Positions 1-9,839 are shown, counted from the first letter of the stretch. The stretch is DNA of 64,000 nucleotides from Sedimentisphaerales bacterium (GCA_049518795.1 JBEKRK010000001.1:583506-647505); one strand, 5' to 3'. The notes: generated by a model not told the origin, from the letters alone. Numbers and translations are program-made.

Positions 1-461
1 CAAGCCGCAGTTGCCGTTGCCGGCAATTTCCGAACAATCTCATCTGCTATCGTCGGCCCAGATAATACAACAACCCTGATATTTTTATTTATTACATCCG
101 CCAGTATCTCGCTTGGCCGAAGTAGTGTCCCGTTTTCAATACCTTTAGCTACAGATACTATCGGCACTGAAGTATTGACGTAATTTTTCAATCTTTGCCA
201 GATGCTTCGGATATATTGGCACGGCACAGCAGAAATGATTAAATCGGCGCCTTTTAAAATTTCGGAATCATTCGACTGGAAAACTAAATTGTCCGGCAGT
301 TTATATCCCGGCAGGAATTTGAAATTCTCCCTCTTCTTCTCAATCTGCGCAAGTTGTTTCTCGTCATAACCCCACATTTTGACATTGAAGCCCTTTTCGC
401 AGAGCAGGATAGCGCAAACGCTACTCATCGCCCCATCGCCTATGATTGAGATATTCTTCAT
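1..461 (-). CDS. gpsA: NAD(P)H-dependent glycerol-3-phosphate dehydrogenase, 5' part (runs off window start)
   Basis: Translated by hand from ATG at 461: MKNISIIGDGAMSSVCAILL...ADLIISAVP...IVSVAKGIE...VVLSGPTIADE. Rossmann motif plus the SxAKGIE and LSGP motifs of GpsA. Not in the ORF track. Confidence 0.92.
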   Translation of the reverse strand, partial: MKNISIIGDGAMSSVCAILLCEKGFNVKMWGYDEKQLAQIEKKRENFKFLPGYKLPDNLVFQSNDSEILKGADLIISAVPCQYIRSIWQRLKNYVNTSVPIVSVAKGIENGTLLRPSEILADVINKNIRVVVLSGPTIADEIVRKLPATATAA

Positions 462-598
462 AATGTTTATTTAACCAGAGAAATGTCTTTTTTCAATAAA
501 ATTTATAATTCGACCCCCCAAAAAATTATTCTGGGGGTTGCTTAGATAATATGTAGGTTACTCGATCTGTGCCGTGGGCAGACGCCGCTTGCGGTGTT

Positions 599-2224
599 TC
601 ATCCGGATTTTCGAAACAAAGCACCTGCTATGTTTCTATTAAATTGCACTTCAGCCTTGTCATTATAGTAAACCATGTTGAGCCGGTTATCTGATTGGAG
701 TTCTTTCAATTCGTTATCAGTGGCGACAATCCAGTCGCCTTTATCATAATATTGATAAATTATATTTTTATCTTTTATTTCAGGGATTTCTCTTCCAAAA
801 TAATGAACCACTCTCTTTGAGACAGAGTTATATGCCACCAGGTTATCTGTTAATGGTATTCTTTCCGATATTTCCAAGGCAAATTTTTTGGTATAATTGT
901 TATTATCAAATGGGGCTGACAGACTAACAAAACAGATTGTAAGCAAACAATAACCTCCAAAGATTAATCCACAGCCAAGAGTTGTTTTACTTTTTGCAAA
1001 CGATGCCAGAATTCCTACTATTGTTATAATTGCTATTATTCCAAGAATCAGCACTTCAGAAAGAAGGCAGGGGTAAGTGATAGCGAAGTAGATCATGCCT
1101 GCAATTACGGAGAGAGCGATAATTATCATATGATAAATGAGAAAATTTTTTGCAAATTTTTCCGTAAAGGCTTTTCGAATGAAAATCATATCTTCTAAAA
1201 CAATCCCAATTAAAATGGCAATGGTGGGCATTATAGGCAGCATATAATGCTTGCGTTTGCCGCCTGATATAGTTAGAAAAATCAAGTCTGTTACAAAACA
1301 AAGCCACAGAAACAGCATAACTTTTTGCTTTTTTTCCCAAATCTTATAGAAAGGTGATATTAAAGCGACGGGAACAAAAGCAACCCATGGAGCAATGAAC
1401 GCAAAGGTATAAAGTATGTATAAATAAAATGGGTAATTACCCGGGGCATAATCGCCGAAGAAACGGTCAAAAAAGTTTTGTTTCCATACGATTAAATTCC
1501 AGTTTACTTTGTAACCAACAGCAAGCGGCCACGGCAATACTATAACAAGAAAGATAATTACGCCTGCAATGGGCAGCAGTTTGGGTAATATTTTCCATTG
1601 CCTAAATATGACAACGCAGAAAAACAGCGGGATTAAGACTATTGGAAGCGGGACCGGGCCTTTAGCAAGCATTGCCAGGCCAAAACTTATCCAGAAGACA
1701 AGCATATATATAATTTGCTTTTTGCGAACTTGTTCGATAACAGCAGAGTAGAAAGCAAGAAAGCATAAAGTTACGAAAAATGTAAGAGCCATTTCCGGCC
1801 TTGCGTTATGAGCATAATTGATATAACCGAATGATGTTGCCCAGACCAGAACAGATATTATTGCAACCCGAAGAGCCAACCATTGTTTCACAAAATATAA
1901 AATAGCTAACGCAGATAAAAACGCAAATAAGGCACTCGGAAATCTTGCGGTAAAGTCGCCAATTTTGCCTGTTATTTCCCCCAAGGAGGCTACAAGCCAG
2001 TAAGAAAGCGGCGTTTTTTCAAGTCGAAGCTGTCCGTTGCAGGCAGGCATAACCCAATCATGGTTCTGGAGCATTTCACGTGCTGTAATGGAGACAAAAC
2101 ACTCATGGTTTTCCATTGCTTTACCTGAGATGCCCCAAATCGCAGTTAGTGCAGGGAGGAACAATGATAAAATCAGAATTATATTTTTATTTTTCAGAAC
2201 CTCTTTAGTATTCAGGCCGTTCAT
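599..2224 (-). CDS. ArnT/PMT-family (GT-C fold) lipid-linked glycosyltransferase
   Basis: Multi-TM protein with AREMLQNHDW...LRLEKTPLSYWL, ARPEMALTFF, LAKGPVP and KRKHYMLP motifs typical of ArnT-like proteins. Confidence 0.85.
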   Translation of the reverse strand: MNGLNTKEVLKNKNIILILSLFLPALTAIWGISGKAMENHECFVSITAREMLQNHDWVMPACNGQLRLEKTPLSYWLVASLGEITGKIGDFTARFPSALFAFLSALAILYFVKQWLALRVAIISVLVWATSFGYINYAHNARPEMALTFFVTLCFLAFYSAVIEQVRKKQIIYMLVFWISFGLAMLAKGPVPLPIVLIPLFFCVVIFRQWKILPKLLPIAGVIIFLVIVLPWPLAVGYKVNWNLIVWKQNFFDRFFGDYAPGNYPFYLYILYTFAFIAPWVAFVPVALISPFYKIWEKKQKVMLFLWLCFVTDLIFLTISGGKRKHYMLPIMPTIAILIGIVLEDMIFIRKAFTEKFAKNFLIYHMIIIALSVIAGMIYFAITYPCLLSEVLILGIIAIITIVGILASFAKSKTTLGCGLIFGGYCLLTICFVSLSAPFDNNNYTKKFALEISERIPLTDNLVAYNSVSKRVVHYFGREIPEIKDKNIIYQYYDKGDWIVATDNELKELQSDNRLNMVYYNDKAEVQFNRNIAGALFRKSG

Positions 2225-2244
2225 ATCACTTATTATTTTAAAGA

Positions 2245-2916
2245 TTATTTGTAATTAGTCAAAGTGATTTGCGGCAGCGGATTTGGAATTTTATCGATAA
2301 CTCCCTTTTGTTTAAGCAGAGAAGCCAATTCTTCCATATTGCTATTAAGATAGGGCAACAGATTAGGATTATTTTCAGGGTTCCAGCCATAATTCCTCAT
2401 TTCATTAAGAACAAAAGGCACATCTTTTTTTTCAATAAGTAAGCGGTAAGCTGCTATTACGCCGCCTGCGCGTTGGGCTCCTGCGCCGCAATGCACCAAC
2501 ACACGTTTTCCTTCTTTCCGAGCCAGGCATATTGCAGCGATTGCTTTGGTATAATTATTAATGTCTCCAACTCCATCACCTCCTAACGGGAACACCAGTC
2601 TTTCAATACCCAACTTCTTTGCTGTTTTTTCTTCCGTCTTTCTGTCGGAGGTTTTGGACTCACTACCTGTCAGGCTTACAATTACTTTTATATTGTATTT
2701 GTTCAAAGTTTTCCCAATTAACCATCCCGACAACTGGCCGCTGCGATAAATCAGACCCTCTTCTACTACGCCAAAGTTCTTGGGGATGAAATAGTTCTTT
2801 AGCAATCTCTGCCATAGACCAAAACTTACGATAAGACAAAGTGCAACTGCCGCAATTATGATTTGTCGCTTATGAACTTGCGTCATTTTCAGAACTTTAT
2901 GTCTATCAAAAGTCAT
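2245..2916 (-). CDS. Membrane-anchored dual-specificity/protein-tyrosine phosphatase family protein
   Basis: N-terminal TM helix; NFGVVEEGLIYRSGQ and VLVHCGAGAQRAG (HCxxGxxR) P-loop. Confidence 0.8.
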   Translation of the reverse strand: MTFDRHKVLKMTQVHKRQIIIAAVALCLIVSFGLWQRLLKNYFIPKNFGVVEEGLIYRSGQLSGWLIGKTLNKYNIKVIVSLTGSESKTSDRKTEEKTAKKLGIERLVFPLGGDGVGDINNYTKAIAAICLARKEGKRVLVHCGAGAQRAGGVIAAYRLLIEKKDVPFVLNEMRNYGWNPENNPNLLPYLNSNMEELASLLKQKGVIDKIPNPLPQITLTNYK

Positions 2917-3287
2917 TCGGGTAAGTTTCCCTTATGGGATCATGGCGACTTAAAATGCTATCGTATTATTTGACAAAATATAGATATTAAATGTTATATC
3001 AGCTTCGGTCGGTCAATCCTTGTCAATGCTGGAATACTATACAAACAATTATGAGAATATTATGAGAATTTATCGGTGGCCTCCGAATCGCTTAATACAC
3101 TACTGTTTGCCACAAGGAAAGGCACTGCTGCCAACAGACCCTGATGACAGGAAAAGGTGTTCAGTTTAGCGTAAATTAGGCAAATCCCTTTCGTTTAAGA
3201 GAATACTTTGCCTTCGCTGATAATTGATATATTCTTCACAGCATGGGTATCAAACCAGATTTTAGACTTTTTCAATGTAAAAAATGT

Positions 3288-4595
3288 CTATATTTGCTCT
3301 ATTTTGACAGGTTTAAATCTTTCCAGTTCCGTCAGATGGTTTTTGCCGAGCCGGACATCGAGAACAATAGTATTATCAATAAACTGCTGTCCAAGAATAA
3401 TTGCATTTGCCTTGATAAAGTTTTGAATTTTGCCGTCTGCCGCGTTTGCGGTTATCCTCAAAACGACCTGCCCGCCGGTATAAATCTCAAATACTTTATG
3501 CCTAAGCAATTCAAGATTCATACCTGTCTTTGCGGAAATACTCAGCGCATCAGGATAAATCGTCTGCAATAATTCAAATTGCGCAGAATTTCGGACAATA
3601 TCAGCCTTATTCAGCAGAACGATAGTTTTTTTATCCGAGCATCCGATTTCTTCAAGCACTTTTTTCGCATCTTCAGCCTGCCTTTCAGCGTCATCGCTTG
3701 AAACATCGACAATATGGAGCAGTAAATCTGCGTTGACCGCTTCTTCAAGGGTCGCCTTAAATGACGCCACAAGCAAATGCGGCAGATTCCTCACAAATCC
3801 GACCGTATCGCTAAGCAGGACTTTCTGGCCGCCCTGAAGCGTCCACTGTTTCGTCCGGGTATCGAGTGTCGCAAAAAGCCTGTCCGCCACATAGACATCC
3901 GCGTCTGTCAGGGCGTTCATCAGCGTGCTTTTGCCGGCGTTTGTATAACCGACAAGGCAAATTTGGAACATATCCTTTCTCGTCTCGATTTCTCTTAATT
4001 TTCTGCTGTCAATCTCGGCTATTTCTCTTTTCAGTTCCGTTATTTTTTTACTGACGAGTCTTCGGTCGATTTCAAGCTGTTTTTCGCCCGTTCCGCGAGT
4101 GCCGATTGCGCCAACGGCGCCTGCCGCCGGCCCGCCTGCCGCGCCGGTTACGGTATCCAAATGCGACCACATTCTTGTAAGTCTCGGATATGTATATTCG
4201 AGCTGAGCAAGCTCAACCTGTAATTGAGCCTGTTTGGTTTGTGCCCTCGTTGCGAAAATATCGAGAATCAATTCGCTGCGGTCGATAACTTTTACCTGTA
4301 TAATTTCCTCAAGGTTGCGAATCTGTCCCGGCGAAAGGTCATTATCGAAGATAATGACTTCAGCGCCGGTTTTTTTTGCCCTTTGTTGAATCATATCCGC
4401 TTTTCCGCTGCCGATATAGGTTGCCGGATGGATATGGTTGATTTTCTGCTGAAGTTTATCGACGATTATAGCCCCCGCCGACTCAGCCAGTGCCGCCAGT
4501 TCGGCGAGGTTATCCGCGTAGGTATTTTGGGCCAATGCCCCTACAAGAATGGCTTTTTCACGTCTGACCGCTATATTTTCCCGCATTTTGCCCAA
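3288..4595 (-). CDS. hflX: GTPase HflX
   Basis: LILDIFATRAQTKQAQLQVELAQLEY, GYTNAGKS (G1), LFATLD (G2), DTVGF (G3), NKAD (G4). Confidence 0.97.
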   Translation of the reverse strand: MGKMRENIAVRREKAILVGALAQNTYADNLAELAALAESAGAIIVDKLQQKINHIHPATYIGSGKADMIQQRAKKTGAEVIIFDNDLSPGQIRNLEEIIQVKVIDRSELILDIFATRAQTKQAQLQVELAQLEYTYPRLTRMWSHLDTVTGAAGGPAAGAVGAIGTRGTGEKQLEIDRRLVSKKITELKREIAEIDSRKLREIETRKDMFQICLVGYTNAGKSTLMNALTDADVYVADRLFATLDTRTKQWTLQGGQKVLLSDTVGFVRNLPHLLVASFKATLEEAVNADLLLHIVDVSSDDAERQAEDAKKVLEEIGCSDKKTIVLLNKADIVRNSAQFELLQTIYPDALSISAKTGMNLELLRHKVFEIYTGGQVVLRITANAADGKIQNFIKANAIILGQQFIDNTIVLDVRLGKNHLTELERFKPVKIEQI

Positions 4596-4728
4596 TTTTA
4601 GCCAGAATCTCCATAAAAATGTGTTATTGTTAATTATATCAAATATGATTCAGCAATTCAATTTTGCATTATTAATTCCTTATTTTTTTCTTCGCATTTC
4701 AGTGTCAAAAAAAAATTAAAAATCATTC

Positions 4729-4757
4729 TTGACAACAAAACATACATCAATTATAAT
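4729..4757 (+). promoter_or_regulatory. Perfect-consensus sigma70 promoter for the small CxxC protein
   Basis: TTGACA (4729-4734), 17-nt spacer, TATAAT (4752-4757). Confidence 0.8.
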
Positions 4758-4815
4758 TATTGTTTTGTTTATTTAATGTTTCTAAATATTTTTTAATCAA
4801 TTTTGGAGAACACAC

Positions 4816-4977
4816 GTGAGAGATTTTGGTAAAGGTCCCCGTAAGGATTTTGGACCACGTCAGATGTACAAAGCTACCTGCGCAGAGTGCGGACAGGAGT
4901 GCGAAGTGCCATTTCAGCCCAAAGAAGGCAGGCCGGTTTATTGTAAAGGATGCTATACCAAGAAGAGAAACGCCTGA
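4816..4977 (+). CDS. CxxC-x17-CxxC zinc-finger small protein (53 aa)
   Basis: GTG start after GGAGA; MRDFGKGPRKDFGPRQMYKATCAECGQECEVPFQPKEGRPVYCKGCYTKKRNA matches the CxxC-x17-CxxC family pattern. Below the ORF-track cutoff. Confidence 0.9.
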   Translation: MRDFGKGPRKDFGPRQMYKATCAECGQECEVPFQPKEGRPVYCKGCYTKKRNA

Positions 4978-5198
4978 TTTCCTGATTATCACGCAGTAAT
5001 CCCTGTTTTTTGGTGCCGTTCTTATATTACGGTTTCAGATGTTAATCCTGATGTGTAGATACTCTGTATAAACAGTATCAAATCATCGGCTTACTTTCTT
5101 GCCATATCTACATCGGATTGATATACTCTGCTCTTATCGTAGTAAAAAAAACGTCCGATTGACCCGATAAATGGAATTTGACAGGTGGAAATGGATTT

Positions 5199-6317
5199 AT
5201 GAAAATTGCGTATATCAGTTTTTCCGCGATTCCATCTCGTCAGGCCAACAGCATTGGCGTTATGAAGATGTGCCAGGCTTTCGCACAAGCTGGACATAGT
5301 GTAACCCTTGTTGTGCCGGATGTATCTGACATTGAGCCGGGCGTGTCCGACATGTATAGTTTTTATGGGGTTAAGCCGGTTTTCAAAATTCATAAAATAA
5401 AACTGCGATCATCGTGGGAATTCATTCAAAAATTTTTCTACGCCTTCGATTCTGCAAGATATGCTCAAAAAGAAAATTCTGAACTGGTTTACGGCCGGTT
5501 TATTCCCGGCTGCACATCAGCCGCTGCGGCCGGCCTGCCGGTAATCGGCGAACTGCACATCCCTTATGGTCCGGGCATAATAAAAGAATGGCTTTTTCGC
5601 CGATTCATTGGGACAAAAAGTTTCCGTCATATAGTTGTAATATCGGAATCGCTCAAGAGAGACATTCTGAATGTATATCCGCAACTTGAAGACAAAATTA
5701 TTGTCGTTCGCGATGGAGCAGAGGCGATTACTGAGGATTATAAACCTTCCCGCAGGACAAACCGTCTGCAGATTGGCTTTGTCGGGCATTTATACAAGGG
5801 CAGAGGTATTGAACTGATTCTGGAGCTGGCAGCCAGATGCCCAAATGCCGATTTTCACCTGGCAGGCGGTACCGAAGAAGACATAAACTATTGGAAAGCG
5901 GCGGCAATAGATTACAAAAACGTTAAATTTTATGGCTTTATGCCTCATCCCGAAACCGAAAAATTCCGATTAAAAATGGATATACTGCTCGCTCCCTATC
6001 AGAAAAAGGTCAGTGTTGCCGATAATGGTAATATGACTACTGAAAAATGGATGTCGCCGTTGAAATTGTTTGAATATATGGCTGCCGGCAAAGCTATCAT
6101 AAGCTCCGATATTCCTGTTTTAAGAGAAATCCTGGAGCATGAAAAGACAGCGATTTTTTGTCCGCCCGATGATGCCGATGCCTGGCAAATCGCAATTGAA
6201 CGGATGCGCGATGATATCGTATTAAGAGACCGCCTTGGCCGAGCGGCCAGAGAAATTTTTCTTAAGCATTATACCTGGAAAGCACGGGCAGAAAAGGTAT
6301 TGGCAGGAGTTTTATAA
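5199..6317 (+). CDS. Glycosyltransferase family 4 (GT-B)
   Basis: Likely ATG at 5199 (track ORF starts 5178); FVGHLYKGRG and SPLKLFEYMAAGKAIISSD motifs. Confidence 0.9.
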   Translation: MKIAYISFSAIPSRQANSIGVMKMCQAFAQAGHSVTLVVPDVSDIEPGVSDMYSFYGVKPVFKIHKIKLRSSWEFIQKFFYAFDSARYAQKENSELVYGRFIPGCTSAAAAGLPVIGELHIPYGPGIIKEWLFRRFIGTKSFRHIVVISESLKRDILNVYPQLEDKIIVVRDGAEAITEDYKPSRRTNRLQIGFVGHLYKGRGIELILELAARCPNADFHLAGGTEEDINYWKAAAIDYKNVKFYGFMPHPETEKFRLKMDILLAPYQKKVSVADNGNMTTEKWMSPLKLFEYMAAGKAIISSDIPVLREILEHEKTAIFCPPDDADAWQIAIERMRDDIVLRDRLGRAAREIFLKHYTWKARAEKVLAGVL

Positions 6318-7429
6318 TGATTCCATATTTCGCGGTATTCGGCATACTGGTCCTTCTTTCGATTTTTGAGATAATCGAAGCGGATAAAAAAATGAGGTTT
6401 TGGGCCGCTATAGCTGCCGTTATTTTGATTTTGTTATTTGCCGGCTTGAGAAGCCCCGACACAAGCGATGATGGGAAGTCATACATATCAGTTTTTTTAG
6501 AGGTGCCGGATGTTTTAACCTGGCTTGGCGGTCATTTTAAATATTCATATAATATATTGCAGATGGAACCTTTTTATATTCTGCTCTGTTCTGTCATTAA
6601 ACTTTTTACCTATAATTATATATGGCTGTTTTTGATAATGGCGGCAATCGCAGTCCTTGTTAATGCATATAATTACTTTAAATATTCGCCTTATGTGATT
6701 TTGACGCTCATTCTCTATTTCTCTCACCCATTTCTGTATAAAGAAATGGGCTCAATCAGAACCGGCCTTGCGTCGGCAATATTGCTTTTTTCTATAGGCT
6801 TCATATATAGAAAAAAACTTTTACAATTTTCCGCTGTAACAGCCGCGGCGTCTTTATTTCATTTTGCCGCTTTTCCTTTTTTTCTCAGTTATTTCGTTAA
6901 CCTTTTTGATTTTAAGAAAAAAACTCTTTATATAATTCTCGCAATAGCATTTCTTATAGGATTAATAGGCATCTCTTCCTGGATGATTCAATATTTGCCG
7001 CCAACAGGCGAGATATCCCAAAAGATACTGGCCTATTATGAAGCTGAACAATACAGCGCCTCGCTTGGAGTTTTCGATATTACCAACATAAAACTTCTTT
7101 TCTTTTCAATACTTTTAATTTATTTTAAGGACACGCTGCAAAGCCGCTATCCATTTTTCAAAGTAATGTTATACATTTATTTGACAGGGACGGTCTGGCG
7201 AATTGCATTTAACGATTTTGGCATTTTCGCCGCCAGAATCGCCACATTTTTTATTATTGTTGAGGTAATCCTGCTTCCGATGCTGGTTACGGTTATAAGG
7301 ACAAGATTCATAGCTTACCTTTCATTGGTGATTTACGCTTTTATCGCTTTATATCTTAATCTTTATGTAAAAGAAGCTCTTCATCCATACGGAATATCTA
7401 TAAATATTCTGCAATTATTGAAAATGTAA
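6317..7429 (+). CDS. EpsG/Wzy-like polysaccharide polymerase
   Basis: About 10 TM helices; FAGLR...D..SY, MEPFY, IRTGLASAI and SLFHFAA motifs; sits between two GT4 genes. Confidence 0.75.
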   Translation: MIPYFAVFGILVLLSIFEIIEADKKMRFWAAIAAVILILLFAGLRSPDTSDDGKSYISVFLEVPDVLTWLGGHFKYSYNILQMEPFYILLCSVIKLFTYNYIWLFLIMAAIAVLVNAYNYFKYSPYVILTLILYFSHPFLYKEMGSIRTGLASAILLFSIGFIYRKKLLQFSAVTAAASLFHFAAFPFFLSYFVNLFDFKKKTLYIILAIAFLIGLIGISSWMIQYLPPTGEISQKILAYYEAEQYSASLGVFDITNIKLLFFSILLIYFKDTLQSRYPFFKVMLYIYLTGTVWRIAFNDFGIFAARIATFFIIVEVILLPMLVTVIRTRFIAYLSLVIYAFIALYLNLYVKEALHPYGISINILQLLKM

Positions 7430-7432
7430 AAT

Positions 7433-8548
7433 ATGCCTGCCAGGACCGTTTTATATATCGTATCTACACTTCAAAAAGGCGGGCCGGTTCGGCAGTTATT
7501 TAATCTTATCAAATATCTCGACCGCTGGCAGTTCCTGCCGCACGTTTTAACCTTATCTGCGGAACCAAAGGATTCTTTGCTGGGCGAATTTATGCGTATA
7601 GATGTCCCGGTTTCCAGTTTAGGGCTGGGGCGACTTGCCGGTTTTATCCGAGCAAGACATCTCATTGCCGATTATATTGCCAAACTTGCTCCTGCCATTG
7701 TTCACAGCTGCGGTTTTCGTGCAGATTTATTTTCTGCCGGCCTTGACTATTCAGTTCATACGGTTGCGACTGTGCGAGCTCATCCTTTTGAGGATTATGT
7801 CTGCGAATATGGCTGCTTGGGCCGATTTATTATGGCTCCGCTTCATTTGAAAGCCCTGCGGAAAATTGAAAAACCGGTCTTTGTATCTCGCACTTTGAGC
7901 GAAAAACTTTCTAAAAAATATGGAATTGCCTTTGGTTGCATTCAAAATGGTGCCGACACAGAGATTTTCTTCCCCGCCGCAGACGAACAAAAACAGCAAA
8001 TTCGCAATCAATTGGGATTGCCTCTTAAACATCGGCTGTTTATAGCTGCCGGGAATCTGTCGCAGGGAAAAGACCCGCTTTGCGTCGCGCAGGGTTTTCT
8101 AAAAGCTGCGATTGGCGATGCGACAATGATTTTCGCCGGCGATGGTCCGCTTCGACAAAAGCTGAACCTTTTATGCAATTCTGGAAAAATAATTATAGCC
8201 GGTTATGTAAAAGACATTCGGCCCTGGCTTTGGGCTTCGGATTTTCTGGTATCCGGCTCTCATTCGGAAGGTCTGCCTAACGCAGTTCTGGAAGCAATGG
8301 CCTGCGGCCTTGGCTGTATTCTGTCGGATATCCCCCCGCATCGTGAAATTCTCGATTATAATCCTCAGGCAGGAACACTTTTTACCGCGGGCAACCCTGA
8401 ACATCTGGCCGAAGCAATCCGCAGGATAATGGAAACGCCTTATGATACCGGCAGGCAGGCCGCTTTAGGGATAATTAAAAATCATCTGAACGCTCAGCGT
8501 ATGTCAAGTCAATATCAGGCCTTATACAAAACTATTTTACATAGTTAG
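7433..8548 (+). CDS. Glycosyltransferase family 4 (GT-B)
   Basis: GGPVRQ, IQNGAD and SHSEGLPNAVLEAMACG (E-x7-E) motifs. Confidence 0.92.
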   Translation: MPARTVLYIVSTLQKGGPVRQLFNLIKYLDRWQFLPHVLTLSAEPKDSLLGEFMRIDVPVSSLGLGRLAGFIRARHLIADYIAKLAPAIVHSCGFRADLFSAGLDYSVHTVATVRAHPFEDYVCEYGCLGRFIMAPLHLKALRKIEKPVFVSRTLSEKLSKKYGIAFGCIQNGADTEIFFPAADEQKQQIRNQLGLPLKHRLFIAAGNLSQGKDPLCVAQGFLKAAIGDATMIFAGDGPLRQKLNLLCNSGKIIIAGYVKDIRPWLWASDFLVSGSHSEGLPNAVLEAMACGLGCILSDIPPHREILDYNPQAGTLFTAGNPEHLAEAIRRIMETPYDTGRQAALGIIKNHLNAQRMSSQYQALYKTILHS

Positions 8549-8630
8549 AGAGGATTTATACTCCCGTTTACTTCTTAGCCGTTTCTTTTTTCTTCACTTT
8601 TAGCCGTTTAATAGTATAATTTCACATAAT

Positions 8631-9818
8631 ATGAAACTTCTATCTTATATTGCGCTGATTACTGTATTTATGACGGTTTCATTAGCTGCCGCCGATACTT
8701 TTATCAGCGACACAAACAATCAATCCTATCACGGCTACGCTACCGGAAATGAAAGCGGAGGCTTATCAGAGGTTAATACCGTTGAAAAAGGTCTTATCAA
8801 TCTGAATTTAAACCAGTTCAAAGTAACACGCGACAGAATCGGCAGAAATAATACTGTTGCGATTTTGTCTATACCCGGTGAAATAATACTTGGAATGGAG
8901 ACTAATGCTTTTGAAAAGGCAATCAAAACTGCCGCTTCGAAGGGACCGCTTTTTATCCTTATCGAAATAGACAGCCCCGGCGGCAGAATCGATTTGGCAA
9001 TGAGAATCTGCTCGGCTATTACAAAAACGTCCAACTGCGATATTTACGCTTATACAAACGGCGGCAGTAACGGCGGTGCATATTCCGCGGCCGCTGCGGT
9101 GGCAATGGCCTGTAACAAAATCTATATGTCCGACGGCACCGCAATTGGCGCAGCTACAATGATTTCACAGGACAGTGAGGGCAACCCTGTCGATTTAAAG
9201 AAGGAGCTTGGTGAAAATTTAAGCGAAAAATTTCGCTCAGGATGGAGAAATTATCTCGCCTCGCTGGCTGAAAGGAATAATCGTCCCGGCATATTGGTAA
9301 AGGCGATGGAAAGCAAGGATATCGAAGTCGTCGAGGTCAACGACAACGGCAAAAGAGTTTTTATAGAATCCGTGAACAAAAAGCCCGGCCAGACTATAGT
9401 CAAAACCTGGTCGAAACACGATTCGCTGCTTACCCTGCCCGCGAAAGAGGCAGTAGATTGCGGCATAGCAGACAAAATTTACGATACCCGCCAGGACTTA
9501 TTGCAGGACCAGAACGCTCTTTCAGCACAGATAATTCCTGATGAATCGATGGCAAAGGCCAGAGAACTTTATCAGCGAATAGAAAAAAGTCTTAAAAGAT
9601 TAGATGCATCGATAGACCTCGGTATAAAACAGCTCAAGGCCACACAATCCCGGCCGCAGGCGCTGAAGGCTATGAGAAGTATTATAAACGACGCTCAGTT
9701 TGTTCTGGGCCTGAAGAAAAAATTCGGAGACGATGTGCCGGTCGATGAGCAAAGGGTTCAGAGCTTTTTGAATGCCGTCCAGGCCGAATATGATGCTCTA
9801 AGAACCGCTGACAAATAA
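8631..9818 (+). CDS. Secreted NfeD-type (ClpP/crotonase fold) serine protease domain protein with helical C-terminus
   Basis: Signal peptide; IEIDSPGGRID, AYSAAAAVAMACNKIYMSDGTAIGAA, EKFRS and LLTLPAKEAVDCGIAD match the NfeD N-terminal domain; no TM bundle or OB fold follows. Confidence 0.7.
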   Translation: MKLLSYIALITVFMTVSLAAADTFISDTNNQSYHGYATGNESGGLSEVNTVEKGLINLNLNQFKVTRDRIGRNNTVAILSIPGEIILGMETNAFEKAIKTAASKGPLFILIEIDSPGGRIDLAMRICSAITKTSNCDIYAYTNGGSNGGAYSAAAAVAMACNKIYMSDGTAIGAATMISQDSEGNPVDLKKELGENLSEKFRSGWRNYLASLAERNNRPGILVKAMESKDIEVVEVNDNGKRVFIESVNKKPGQTIVKTWSKHDSLLTLPAKEAVDCGIADKIYDTRQDLLQDQNALSAQIIPDESMAKARELYQRIEKSLKRLDASIDLGIKQLKATQSRPQALKAMRSIINDAQFVLGLKKKFGDDVPVDEQRVQSFLNAVQAEYDALRTADK

Positions 9819-9839
9819 ATTCAAATTATTCAAACGCAT

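Noticed and set aside
511-540. C-run/G-run hairpin between the ArnT-like gene and gpsA
   Set aside because: Imperfect, low-complexity stem with no clear U-tract on the transcribed strand.
2581-2591. CTAACGGGA matching the MITE terminal repeat
   Set aside because: Single partial match inside coding sequence (FPLGG codons) with no partner repeat.
3141-3154. CTGATGA...GAAA resembling a hammerhead ribozyme core
   Set aside because: Only 3 nt separate CTGATGA and GAAA, so stem II cannot form.
3086-3172. AATCGCTTAAT...TAGCGT resembling the ends of a c-di-AMP (ydaO) riboswitch
   Set aside because: The internal conserved blocks (GCGGGGGA, GGGGTGAATC, CAGCTAACC) are absent and no gene lies downstream on that strand.
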